64,000 nt of DNA from an uncultured Candidatus Saccharibacteria bacterium (lineage in GTDB: Bacteria > Patescibacteriota > Dojkabacteria > GCA-002793355). The stretch covers positions 248,662-312,661 of the forward strand of contig CAZGEO010000001.1 in assembly GCA_964525295.1 (NCBI GenBank), given 5' to 3'. The notes under the pieces were generated by a model, which was given only the letters and a program-made list of their open reading frames with translations, had not been told where the DNA came from and did no database searches. Within the stretch, counting starts at the first letter, position 1. Every line of letters starts with the position of its first letter. The position numbers and the translations under genes were made by a program. Below, piece after piece: positions 1 to 8,699 of this stretch.

Positions 1-1953
1 TCTAAACAAGGTAATTTGCGATGCACTCTGCGGATCGACTGCAATTGATATAGCACGCGACTTCTTGTCATTTTCTGCGGTATTTATTTTCTCGCCAAGA
101 TATACATTAAAGTACGGTGGATCATTATTTTCTTTCACAATTTGTGAGGGAAATGCATAACTCAAGTGAGTAACTGTAATGATAACCTCTTCATTATGAT
201 TGCCTAATTGAAATGTGCCTCGCGCATCAGTAACCAAGGTTTCAAGTAATTTCGAATTATCTGAAGCAAGAAGTACCCTCACGATTGCTCGAGATATAGG
301 TTTTTTGGTAAGTGAATCATACACAATACCGACAATATTCTTTTCTGCAGTTCTTGCCATCGAGAATAATGGATATAGAAGTCTATAAGCAAAATCTGCA
401 CCAAATAATTGAGTCGCAACTGAAACCGCACCCGCTTGAAACTTTCCGCCTGGTTTTCCAGCCAATAGAGCAGAGAAGCCTCTAATTAGTCCATCTAAAC
501 CGACTAAAATTACAATACCAGCAGAAACAATTGTTTGTTCCTCAGTAAATGTTGTTGTGGTATTTGCAGGGGGAACTGGAGAAGTGATAATTGGTGTAGT
601 TGGAGGAACATACGGAACACCGCTCGTTGGTTCAATTTCATCTGAAATGTGTGGCGTCATATCAAACAACGTAACACTCGGTGTTACCGAAGTAGTAACT
701 GAAGGCGTTACACTTGTCGTAGCTACAATTGACGTTGAGACAGTTACCGAAGGCGTTATTGTTACTGTTGCGGTTGGTGTGCCCGTTGACGTGACGCTTG
801 GCGTATAAACTATCGTGGACGTTGGCGTGATTGTTGGTGAAGGTGTCGCAGTTGGCGTTATGGTTGGGGTATCAGTCGGAGTGTCAGTTGGGGTCGCAGT
901 AGGTGTATCGGTTGGGGTATCAGTCGGAGTGTCAGTTGGAGTCGCTGTCGGCGTATCGGTCGGAGTTGGAGTAACATCATCACCATAATTTGCAAAAACA
1001 TTTATTCGTGCCTGACCAGACTGCGAAATGAGCACATTTCCTGAGGGAAGAACAAGAACATCAGCGGGTTCATCAAATTGCTCAGGATCTGTACCCCAAA
1101 CTCCCCAATGGGTAATGTACGTTCCGTCACTGCTAAACTTAATAACGAAATCTGTTGAATATTCGGTCGTATAGATATTATCGTTCTCATCAATGCCCAT
1201 TCCAACTGCGGTATAAACCTCATCAGGATTATTCTCATAGCCTTGGATAGACCATTGTGTTTGATAAGTAAAATTCGAATCAAATTTTTGAACACGCGCA
1301 TTGTCGTCACTAACGTAAATATTTCCAAGAGAATCAATCACAATTCCATTCGGAAAATTGAATTGACCGGCGCCACTTCCAGTGGCTCCGTAGGTATTTA
1401 GTAAAGTTCCCGCACTTGAATATTTTTTTACTCGGTGATTATAAGAATCAGCAATCCAAATATTACCTGCAGAATCTGTTATTACATCCCAAGGACGATT
1501 TAATCCTGCCGTAATTGTGACTAAACGATTAAAATTTGAATCATAAACTAAAACCGAACCTGCATTCAGGCCAATACAGGTATTAGTAACGTAAATTCGA
1601 TCGAGTGAATCGACCCACATTCCTTTTGGACAGTTGATATCTGCATCTGAATAACTGGTAATAAAAGCTCCTGAATCAGAAAATACCCGAATCTCATGAT
1701 TATCTCCATCAGCAACAAAAATGTTTCCACTACTATCAACGGCCAATCCCCAGGGGGTAGACCATGAATCTCCGCCTTGAATGGTGCTCCAATTCGAAAC
1801 AAACTGCGCAGCAAGTACACTTCCTTGTCCTATCTTTTCTTCTATTGGATTTTGTGTGAATGTTTTAGATGTCACTAAAAGCGAAAATGCGAGCCCAACA
1901 GTCAAAATGAGGAGAGTTATAACGACACCTTTCTTTCTACCTTGATTTAACAC
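1..1953 (-). CDS. Secreted NHL-repeat beta-propeller protein (partial; C-terminus lies beyond the window start) with Thr/Pro/Asp-rich linker and a C-terminal carboxypeptidase-regulatory-like segment
   Basis: My own translation of the minus strand gives the N-terminal region ...RKKGVVITLLILTVGLAFSLLVTSKT (signal-peptide-like) followed by repeated NHL-type motifs (YNHRVKKYSSAGTLLNTYGATGSGAGQFNFPNGIVIDSLGNIYVSDDNARV). Positions about 560-1000 encode a PTDTPTDT... low-complexity linker. Positions about 190-260 encode LETLVTDARGTFQLGN, which resembles the CarboxypepD_reg fold. The probable start is GTG at about 1953 and there is no in-frame ATG. The gene is not in the ORF track because it runs off the window edge. 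Confidence 0.6.
   Translation of the reverse strand, partial: MLNQGRKKGVVITLLILTVGLAFSLLVTSKTFTQNPIEEKIGQGSVLAAQFVSNWSTIQGGDSWSTPWGLAVDSSGNIFVADGDNHEIRVFSDSGAFITSYSDADINCPKGMWVDSLDRIYVTNTCIGLNAGSVLVYDSNFNRLVTITAGLNRPWDVITDSAGNIWIADSYNHRVKKYSSAGTLLNTYGATGSGAGQFNFPNGIVIDSLGNIYVSDDNARVQKFDSNFTYQTQWSIQGYENNPDEVYTAVGMGIDENDNIYTTEYSTDFVIKFSSDGTYITHWGVWGTDPEQFDEPADVLVLPSGNVLISQSGQARINVFANYGDDVTPTPTDTPTATPTDTPTDTPTDTPTATPTDTPTDTPTITPTATPSPTITPTSTIVYTPSVTSTGTPTATVTITPSVTVSTSIVATTSVTPSVTTSVTPSVTLFDMTPHISDEIEPTSGVPYVPPTTPIITSPVPPANTTTTFTEEQTIVSAGIVILVGLDGLIRGFSALLAGKPGGKFQAGAVSVATQLFGADFAYRLLYPLFSMARTAEKNIVGIVYDSLTKKPISRAIVRVLLASDNSKLLETLVTDARGTFQLGNHNEEVIITVTHLSYAFPSQIVKENNDPPYFNVYLGEKINTAENDKKSRAISIAVDPQSASQITLFR
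557..1000 (-). repeat. Low-complexity coding repeat (Thr/Pro/Asp/Val-rich linker; core PTDT tandem about 841-975)
   Basis: Direct nucleotide repeats (ggtatcagtcggagtgtcagttgg recurring). The + strand frame gives the GVTxxV artefact ORF 557..808, and the minus strand encodes the PTDT repeats. Confidence 0.7.
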
Positions 1954-2062
1954 TTCTACTATTGAGCAACATTAACTAACTAATAATAGCATTCTCATTG
2001 ACACATGCAAAGTTCTCGTACATAATAGGTCAACTAGTTATTTTTACGTAAATATAAAAAAC

Positions 2063-2602
2063 ATGGCAAAAGCAGCGCCTACAATTCTAATTATCGAAGA
2101 CAATCAAGATTTAGTTGAGATGTATCGTCTGAAACTTTCACTCGAAGGTTTTCAAGTTGAAACAGCAACTGATGGAGAACAGGGTATTCTTAAAGCTGTA
2201 GAGTCAAAACCAGACATGATTCTTCTTGATATCTTAATGCCAAATATGAATGGATTCGAAGTACTTAAAGCTCTTCGTAATAACACACAACTCAGTACAC
2301 AGATTATAGTTCTTTCAAACCTCGGTCAATACGAAAACATTAAGGAAGCAAAAGACCTCGGTGCAACCGAATACATGGTCAAAGCAAATACAACACCAAC
2401 AATGGTTGTTGCAAAAATTAAAGAATTATTAGGTTTGCAGAATACTCCAAAAGAAGCATCTAACATCACGACCGCCGTCAAAGAAGAAGATAAAGATGCG
2501 ATTATTGCCGAAAAATTAGAACGTTATAAAAAGCTTCTTGATGAAGGTGTCATCACTCAACAGGAGTTTGATGAGATAAAGAAGAAGTTGTTGTTTAGCT
2601 AG
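2063..2602 (+). CDS. Stand-alone response-regulator receiver (REC) protein with C-terminal SHOCT-like motif
   Basis: ILIIEDNQDLVEMYR...ILLDILMPNMNGFEVLKAL...YMVKA carries the CheY-like Asp/Thr/Lys signature. The C-terminal ERYKKLLDEGVITQQEFDEIKKKLL matches the SHOCT pattern. Confidence 0.75.
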   Translation: MAKAAPTILIIEDNQDLVEMYRLKLSLEGFQVETATDGEQGILKAVESKPDMILLDILMPNMNGFEVLKALRNNTQLSTQIIVLSNLGQYENIKEAKDLGATEYMVKANTTPTMVVAKIKELLGLQNTPKEASNITTAVKEEDKDAIIAEKLERYKKLLDEGVITQQEFDEIKKKLLFS

Positions 2603-2671
2603 TAGATTTCACTAAGACCTTGTGAACAACAATAATTGCGATTTATAGGTTAAAAATGATATACTTCGACA

Positions 2672-3778
2672 ATGTCAATTATTAGCTTGCCGAAAACCGA
2701 GAATCAACCCAAAAACTTTTCTGCCGACTTGGTGACAGGTTACATAAGAATTGGCCCTCGAGAACCTATTTCACTCTTAGAATCATTGAATACAGAAAAA
2801 TCGCGAGAGCGTGACACCAACGAAAAAAGAATTTCATCCCAAAACCATTTTGATTTTATTGTTCAGTGGCGCTCGCGAATAGGCAACAATCATGGATACT
2901 CAAATACCTTACTTGAAAAAGTAAGAACTACAACTTTTTTACTTGCTGGCGTTGGAACAATTGGCGGACAGGCAGGTCTGAGGCTTGCAGAATGGGGTGC
3001 CGAAAGCATCATCGCCATTGATCCCGATTCTCCAGGTATTCATAATCTATCAAGACAAGCCGCAACATACTCAGATGTAGTCAAAAATACATCAAAACCC
3101 GATGCTTTCAAACAAATTGTAGAAAGCAAAAACCCCTACGCTAAGATTGATTCGCGTCATGAAGCTATAACTCCAGAAAATGCGGAAAAATATGTAACTG
3201 CTTCTGACATAATTATTGATGCTATAGATATAGCTGGAATAGATGGAATTATTGCGTTGCATGAAGAAGCCTGTAGACAAAAGAAAGTTGTAATTACTGG
3301 ATTCGATCTCGCGGGAATGTCATATATCAGGGTATTTGATTACAGAAAACTTACAAAACCATTCGAAAATTCATCTGTGACCCCTCAATATATTGAACAA
3401 GTTAAAAATGCTGTAGCAGCTCACAGAACAGGACAAATATCAGTAGAGAAATATGACGGAATTGTGAACGCTTTTACAACAAAGCTCCTAAATCCACTAC
3501 ATGTTCCGAATGAGGAATTAAAGCTTCTGTTGCACAAGAAAGTGGGCGAGCCACACATGCAATATCCACATACTGCAAACAATATTGGCAACATCATTTC
3601 AGAGGTAGTACTGAGAATTCTTAATGATCAACTCGTAAAAGATACCATCAAAATCGACTTAACCGATCAGGTAATAGTACGTTCAAAAATTCGCAATAGG
3701 CTCGAGCGAATGTTTTTACTTATTAAAGTCTTAACGCAGGTCGATGCAAAAGAGAAAGACGCAATGAAAAAAAGTTAA
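2672..3778 (+). CDS. ThiF/MoeB/E1-like adenylyltransferase-fold protein with N- and C-terminal extensions
   Basis: FLLAGVGTIGGQAGLRLAEWGAESIIAIDPDSPGIHNLSRQ is the Rossmann GxGxxG plus the D.D..NLsRQ ThiF signature. It has no CxxC zinc pairs and no rhodanese domain. Confidence 0.7.
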   Translation: MSIISLPKTENQPKNFSADLVTGYIRIGPREPISLLESLNTEKSRERDTNEKRISSQNHFDFIVQWRSRIGNNHGYSNTLLEKVRTTTFLLAGVGTIGGQAGLRLAEWGAESIIAIDPDSPGIHNLSRQAATYSDVVKNTSKPDAFKQIVESKNPYAKIDSRHEAITPENAEKYVTASDIIIDAIDIAGIDGIIALHEEACRQKKVVITGFDLAGMSYIRVFDYRKLTKPFENSSVTPQYIEQVKNAVAAHRTGQISVEKYDGIVNAFTTKLLNPLHVPNEELKLLLHKKVGEPHMQYPHTANNIGNIISEVVLRILNDQLVKDTIKIDLTDQVIVRSKIRNRLERMFLLIKVLTQVDAKEKDAMKKS

Positions 3779-3793
3779 GTTTAAATAAACATT

Positions 3794-4867
3794 ATGGTAT
3801 TACCAGATCAACCAAGCTCATTTGAAATACATAAAGCCCCCGCTGAAATTAGACAAACATACTTCTCTCCCGAGTCCAATGAATTGGTAGCACGTCAAAT
3901 TATTGAGCCTTCAATGCTCTTAGAAGCCAATCAGAAAGTGGCGATGACATACAAAAAACATGGGTACCTTACCGATCAAAAAATACTTACAGTTCCAAAA
4001 GATATTGATCCTGTTGATCTCATGGATAGGCGATACAGCGAATCACTTGCTATGACGCTAATTCAAGCACAACATGGCCCAGAAGGAGTTGCAGAGTACC
4101 TGCATGGACATGTCTTCATAGCTCAAAGACCAACCGAAAGTGAAGGACAATCTGGTGAATTACTCGGTTTAATTGATGTGTATATTCCAAAACAACGTAC
4201 ATATATAGTCACAGGGAACGGTGAAATTCTTTACTCTGTACGTACAATTCCCAAAACTGCGGAGCGAAAGCTACCAATTCAACAACTAACTCTAATCGGA
4301 GATGCACTGCAGCAAAAAGGTATAGATCGACGCACAGCAGACAATGAAGGAACACCTGCACTATTCATCCCAGAAATGCTTGATAAAGAACTTCTCAGCA
4401 GACTACTACCCGGAGCAAAATACGAAGAAGTAAATGCTTTACTCACAGAAGCTTCACCAAGAGCAACGATCAATGCATTACAAGTCGAACTCTCTCAACT
4501 CGCCGTATGTACAGATGATTTACGAATTCCTGATGCGTTTGAAAAGCTATTTGCAGCATTATTTGCAGATGAAGAAAAGCATGGGATACGTCAATTCGGC
4601 GCCGTGCTAGATTTTGGAGCATTAATACTCGAAAACGCATTAAGAAAAGTTGATAGCGAAGAACGCCCAAGATTCGGCATTATTCCATTGGCTGAAAAGA
4701 CCAGGTATATGGGTTCTCCTGTCGTCCCTGTATTAATTGATAGAGATTATTCAATTCAAACGGTTGCAAAAACACATCCACGATTAGCTGAAATATTAGA
4801 AGGACTATTGCCAGACAAAATTCGAGAATCTATCAAGAGATTAACAACTGTCGTAGAAACTGTATAA
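3794..4867 (+). CDS. Hypothetical protein (357 aa), fold not recognised
   Basis: Clean ORF lying 16 bp after the ThiF-like gene and 7 bp before the histidine kinase. I recognise no motif with confidence. Confidence 0.5.
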   Translation: MVLPDQPSSFEIHKAPAEIRQTYFSPESNELVARQIIEPSMLLEANQKVAMTYKKHGYLTDQKILTVPKDIDPVDLMDRRYSESLAMTLIQAQHGPEGVAEYLHGHVFIAQRPTESEGQSGELLGLIDVYIPKQRTYIVTGNGEILYSVRTIPKTAERKLPIQQLTLIGDALQQKGIDRRTADNEGTPALFIPEMLDKELLSRLLPGAKYEEVNALLTEASPRATINALQVELSQLAVCTDDLRIPDAFEKLFAALFADEEKHGIRQFGAVLDFGALILENALRKVDSEERPRFGIIPLAEKTRYMGSPVVPVLIDRDYSIQTVAKTHPRLAEILEGLLPDKIRESIKRLTTVVETV

Positions 4868-4873
4868 TACATT

Positions 4874-7207
4874 ATGATTACAGGAGACCTTATATTTGTT
4901 GGCATACTAATTGTCGCATTATTTTCCGTTGGAGGTGGAGTATATCTTCATGATAGAAAATCCTTTACTGCTAGGTTCTTTTTAGCCTTAGTAAGTTTCA
5001 TGGCCATATGGTTACTTTCCAACTTTCTCTCAAACTACGTAAAAAACGAATGGCTCGCAATTGCCACAAATAGACTCATCTTCACATCAACAACCTTTGC
5101 AATCTGGCAATTATTAATATTCACAAAAAACTACCCAGAAAGGGGAAATATTGTTACAAAGAGATTTTTCTGGATTTCCTTAGTTCCAACGATTTTAGTA
5201 GGAATAATTGGGCTAACTCCATTAATTGTGGCAGGAGTACAAATTAGGGTTAGCTATTCAGAAATAATCTTTGGAACTGGCATTTACGCGTATATCGCCC
5301 ATATTTTATTTTGTCTCGTCCTATATGTTTGGGTTCTTATTCAAAAAGCGCGAACACTTCAAGGAATTGACAAGGCTAGACTTCAATACTTGTTTACAGG
5401 GTTAACAATCTCAACCGGAGGTATTTTGTTAACCAATTTAGTAATTCCAATTTTCTTTAACAACTTTGTACTAACCAATATAGGTCCGGCATTTCTTTTG
5501 CTTTTCGTTGGGTTTACTGCATTTTCAATTATCGAAATTCGACTCACCGGTATCCGCAACCTATTATTTCAAATTACCAATCTGCTAATATTGGGTCTAC
5601 TACCAGTACTTGCATTTTACCTCACACGTTACTTGTCTAAAATTAATTTCATTCATGCCGACGCAACAATAGAGTTTGCTCTAATTTTTGTTATCATGAC
5701 AGGTTCTTTCTTACTAATCTCAAAGAGTATCTCCGTTGTTAGGAAATTTCTGCAAGGTGACTTAATGAGCACAAGTATAGAATTAGAAAAAATTAAGAAT
5801 TCATTTTCGAGTCGAATTAGCACTGAACTTGATCTAAAGAAACTCAGTAAGTTGACTTGCGATATCATAAGAGAGACAGTCGGAGTTACTGATATCTCAA
5901 TAACGTTATTGGATCTTGAAAATAAATCCGTGATTTCACACGTCAACGAAGGATTTAAAAAAGCAAATATTGTACCTGAAGAATTACTTACATTTACAAC
6001 CTACTGGAGGCGCCTACATGCAGGGTATGTGCTAGTGCGAGATGAACTTGAACACCTCGACGAAAGTGAACTAACAGACTTAATGCGTCATGCACTTGAA
6101 TTTTTGAAAAAACACAGTATAGCAATCATGATTGCTTTAAACGGAAGTACACAAACCCACGGATTCATACTAATTGGAGAAAAGATAAATTTTAATGCGT
6201 ATACCTCGGAAGAAATTTCTTTTTTGACTGCGATTATAGCGAACAATGCTTCTGTGGCAATTTCAAGAGCGTTACTATTTGAACGCCAAAAATATTTTAA
6301 TTCAGAATTAAACGAAAAGGTTAAGCTCAGGACAAAAGAGTTAGAAGCTGCGAAATTATCACTTGAAGATAAAAATATTCAGATTAGAAATGCATATCAC
6401 GAACTGAAAACACTAGATAACGCAAAATCCGAATTCATCTCAATTGCTTCACACCAATTGCGTACACCGATCTCTATTATTAAGGGCTACCTTTCAATGA
6501 TTCTAGAAGGTGATTTCGGTAGCATGCCTGAACCTCAACTTATCGCACTTCACAAAGCTTCTGATAACATCCAACAGTTGAACGATATTGTAGAGGATAT
6601 TTTGAACGCCTCGAGAATTGAAAGAGGGAAAATGGCAATTTCTCCAGATAGAACAGAGATTATCGAATTAGTCAGAAATGTAGTTGAACAACTACAACCC
6701 AAGGCTGATAAAAAAAATCTTACCCTAACATATAAAGGTTCTATTAAAGAATTCACAACTTTGGCAGACCGCAATAAGATCTACGAGGTTATTATCAATC
6801 TTGTTGATAACGCATTGAACTACACGAAAGAGGGAAGTGTTACAGTAATAACCGACAACACTCCAGAAGGTGACCTACTCATAATAGTTAAAGACACAGG
6901 TATTGGTATTCCAGAAACATTCAAAGATAAAATGTTCCAACGCTTCAGCCGATCTGATAATGCAAAATCCGTTAGGCCCGATGGAACTGGTATTGGGTTA
7001 TATGTTGCGAAATCCTTTATTGATGCTCATCAAGGCCAAATTTGGTTTGAAAGTACTGTAAATGTAGGAACGACATTCTTCGTGAAGTTACTTAAGAATC
7101 CAGTTTTTCCTGCTGCACCAAGTGAAGAGACAACCCCAGAAACGAAAATTATTGAAGCAAAAAAAATTGCAAAGGAGACAAAAAAGAGACACCGTCAACC
7201 TCAATAA
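4874..7207 (+). CDS. Sensor histidine kinase: multi-TM N-terminal sensor, GAF/PAS-like middle, HisKA plus HATPase_c
   Basis: About 8 hydrophobic helices in the first 300 aa. H-box SHQLRTPISIIKGY. ATPase motifs NLVDNALNYT and GTGIGL. Lys-rich C-terminal tail. Confidence 0.8.
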   Translation: MITGDLIFVGILIVALFSVGGGVYLHDRKSFTARFFLALVSFMAIWLLSNFLSNYVKNEWLAIATNRLIFTSTTFAIWQLLIFTKNYPERGNIVTKRFFWISLVPTILVGIIGLTPLIVAGVQIRVSYSEIIFGTGIYAYIAHILFCLVLYVWVLIQKARTLQGIDKARLQYLFTGLTISTGGILLTNLVIPIFFNNFVLTNIGPAFLLLFVGFTAFSIIEIRLTGIRNLLFQITNLLILGLLPVLAFYLTRYLSKINFIHADATIEFALIFVIMTGSFLLISKSISVVRKFLQGDLMSTSIELEKIKNSFSSRISTELDLKKLSKLTCDIIRETVGVTDISITLLDLENKSVISHVNEGFKKANIVPEELLTFTTYWRRLHAGYVLVRDELEHLDESELTDLMRHALEFLKKHSIAIMIALNGSTQTHGFILIGEKINFNAYTSEEISFLTAIIANNASVAISRALLFERQKYFNSELNEKVKLRTKELEAAKLSLEDKNIQIRNAYHELKTLDNAKSEFISIASHQLRTPISIIKGYLSMILEGDFGSMPEPQLIALHKASDNIQQLNDIVEDILNASRIERGKMAISPDRTEIIELVRNVVEQLQPKADKKNLTLTYKGSIKEFTTLADRNKIYEVIINLVDNALNYTKEGSVTVITDNTPEGDLLIIVKDTGIGIPETFKDKMFQRFSRSDNAKSVRPDGTGIGLYVAKSFIDAHQGQIWFESTVNVGTTFFVKLLKNPVFPAAPSEETTPETKIIEAKKIAKETKKRHRQPQ

Positions 7208-7313
7208 TTTTGCAAAGGATACAAGTAACGGAAATTTAGGAGCTATCAATATTGGGACTAGCGTCTTACAACAATCTAACCACTTACAGAAACACCTGGT
7301 AAGGCATTACTTC

Positions 7314-7850
7314 TTATTTCTGTCGAATAGCCATTTGTATGCCTGTCACAACCGCAATTCGCATATCCAGACGTTCTTCTGCGTTCCGTGGAGCAATCAA
7401 TACTGGTTCGGTAATTTGTTTTCCAGTCTCAATGTCAACTTGTGACTGCGATGCAGTATGAAGTGTCAACTCTCGTTTATCCTCAGATAAACTCAATCTA
7501 TAAACTGTACGAGTCCATGGTCCTTTTTTAGGAAAAAGTTTTAAACGTGTCGGGGTCTCATCTTCCGTTAATTGCATATCGTACCCACCTTCTGGTAAAT
7601 GCACTATATCCCATTTTCTTCTTACCAAGAACTGCCCGAAACGATTATATTCATCAAACGGTTCACCATGAAACCCACGTTTACGATTACGTCCATCTGC
7701 CAATACAGCTAGCTGAGCAACTTTTTCTGGATAATAGCCAGATAAATCAATTTTTAGGTCTTGAGGATCTAGTTTTGGATCATCATCGAATTCTCTTTGC
7801 AACCTGTAAGTCAATCTTCCAAAAGCTTGTATCATACGGTATTTTACCAC
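7314..7850 (-). CDS. Hypothetical protein (178 aa)
   Basis: Longest ORF in this region with ordinary protein composition. It overlaps two shorter + strand ORFs that I judge spurious. Confidence 0.4.
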   Translation of the reverse strand: MVKYRMIQAFGRLTYRLQREFDDDPKLDPQDLKIDLSGYYPEKVAQLAVLADGRNRKRGFHGEPFDEYNRFGQFLVRRKWDIVHLPEGGYDMQLTEDETPTRLKLFPKKGPWTRTVYRLSLSEDKRELTLHTASQSQVDIETGKQITEPVLIAPRNAEERLDMRIAVVTGIQMAIRQK

Positions 7851-8037
7851 AAATCAGGCTTATAAGCGTATAGTTTGCGAAAAATATTCCGTTTTTATTG
7901 GCCCCTATGCTATAATTCGCCTATATCGCCCGCTGGAAAGTGGGAATCCGTAGTGGCTAACATTGCAGAAAATCCCACTCAAGGAAGGGCATAGCCCAAC
8001 CAACAATAACAAAATAGTTAACTAAAAACTAAACAAT

Positions 8038-8601
8038 ATGGCACAAACCGATCAAATCAAGAAAAACATGTTTATCATGTATAACAACGAACCATATTTC
8101 ATAACTGATGCAGAGTTTTATTCGCCGGGCAAAGGATCAGCATTTACTCGCGTGAAAATGAAGAACTTAAACACCAGCCGTGTCATTCCTTTCACCTTCA
8201 AATCAGGGGAAAGAGTAGAAGAGCTAGAGGTTATGTTCAAAACAATGCAGTATCTTTATGCAGATGACAACAATGCAACCTTCATGGACCCAGAAAGTTA
8301 CGAACAATACACAATATCTCTCGACATTATCGACAACTTCATCAATTACATGAAAGCAGGAAGTGATTATATCTTAATCATTTATGACAACAAGCCAATT
8401 TCTATCAAATATCCGCCACAAGTGGTACTAGAAATCACCGAAACTTCAGCAGCCGTAAAAGGAAATACTGCAAACAGCGCAACAAAAGAAGCTGTTGTTG
8501 AAACAGGGGCAAAGGTTCAAGTTCCAATGTTCCTAGACATCGGGCAAAAAATCAAAGTAGATCCAGTAACTGGGTACTATATGGGGAAAGCAACTGAATA
8601 A
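8038..8601 (+). CDS. efp: Elongation factor P
   Basis: SPGKGSAFTRVKMKNL matches the EF-P KPGKGxAFxRxKLKNL loop, and the modifiable Lys is present. Confidence 0.9.
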   Translation: MAQTDQIKKNMFIMYNNEPYFITDAEFYSPGKGSAFTRVKMKNLNTSRVIPFTFKSGERVEELEVMFKTMQYLYADDNNATFMDPESYEQYTISLDIIDNFINYMKAGSDYILIIYDNKPISIKYPPQVVLEITETSAAVKGNTANSATKEAVVETGAKVQVPMFLDIGQKIKVDPVTGYYMGKATE

Positions 8602-8699
8602 TTATTATTTTGTTAGGTGTTATTGCTTGTCTGCGTTACCATCTTGACGAAGGTATTTTTCGGTGTACCAATTGAAGAATTCAACTTCGCTTAATTCCA

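Noticed and set aside
557-808. + strand ORF translating to GVTxxV repeats
   Set aside because: It is the antisense frame of the Thr/Pro-rich linker of the minus-strand NHL protein. The repeat periodicity keeps the frame open artificially.
1002-1820. Two minus-strand ORFs listed in the track (1002..1337, 1566..1820) with non-protein-like sequences
   Set aside because: They are out-of-frame relative to the real NHL-repeat reading frame, which I verified by direct translation. The real gene is absent from the track only because it runs off the window.
3794-4867. Calling the 357-aa protein a JAB/MPN deubiquitinase
   Set aside because: Only a loose HxHx7[ST]xx[DE] resemblance. The upstream Glu spacing does not fit the JAMM motif and Ser/Asp are replaced. 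It is kept as a hypothesis in the findings, not as an annotation.
7122-7873. + strand ORFs 7122..7445 and 7547..7873
   Set aside because: They overlap the longer, more protein-like minus-strand ORF 7314..7850. The first is the read-through tail of the kinase frame after its stop region and has biased composition.
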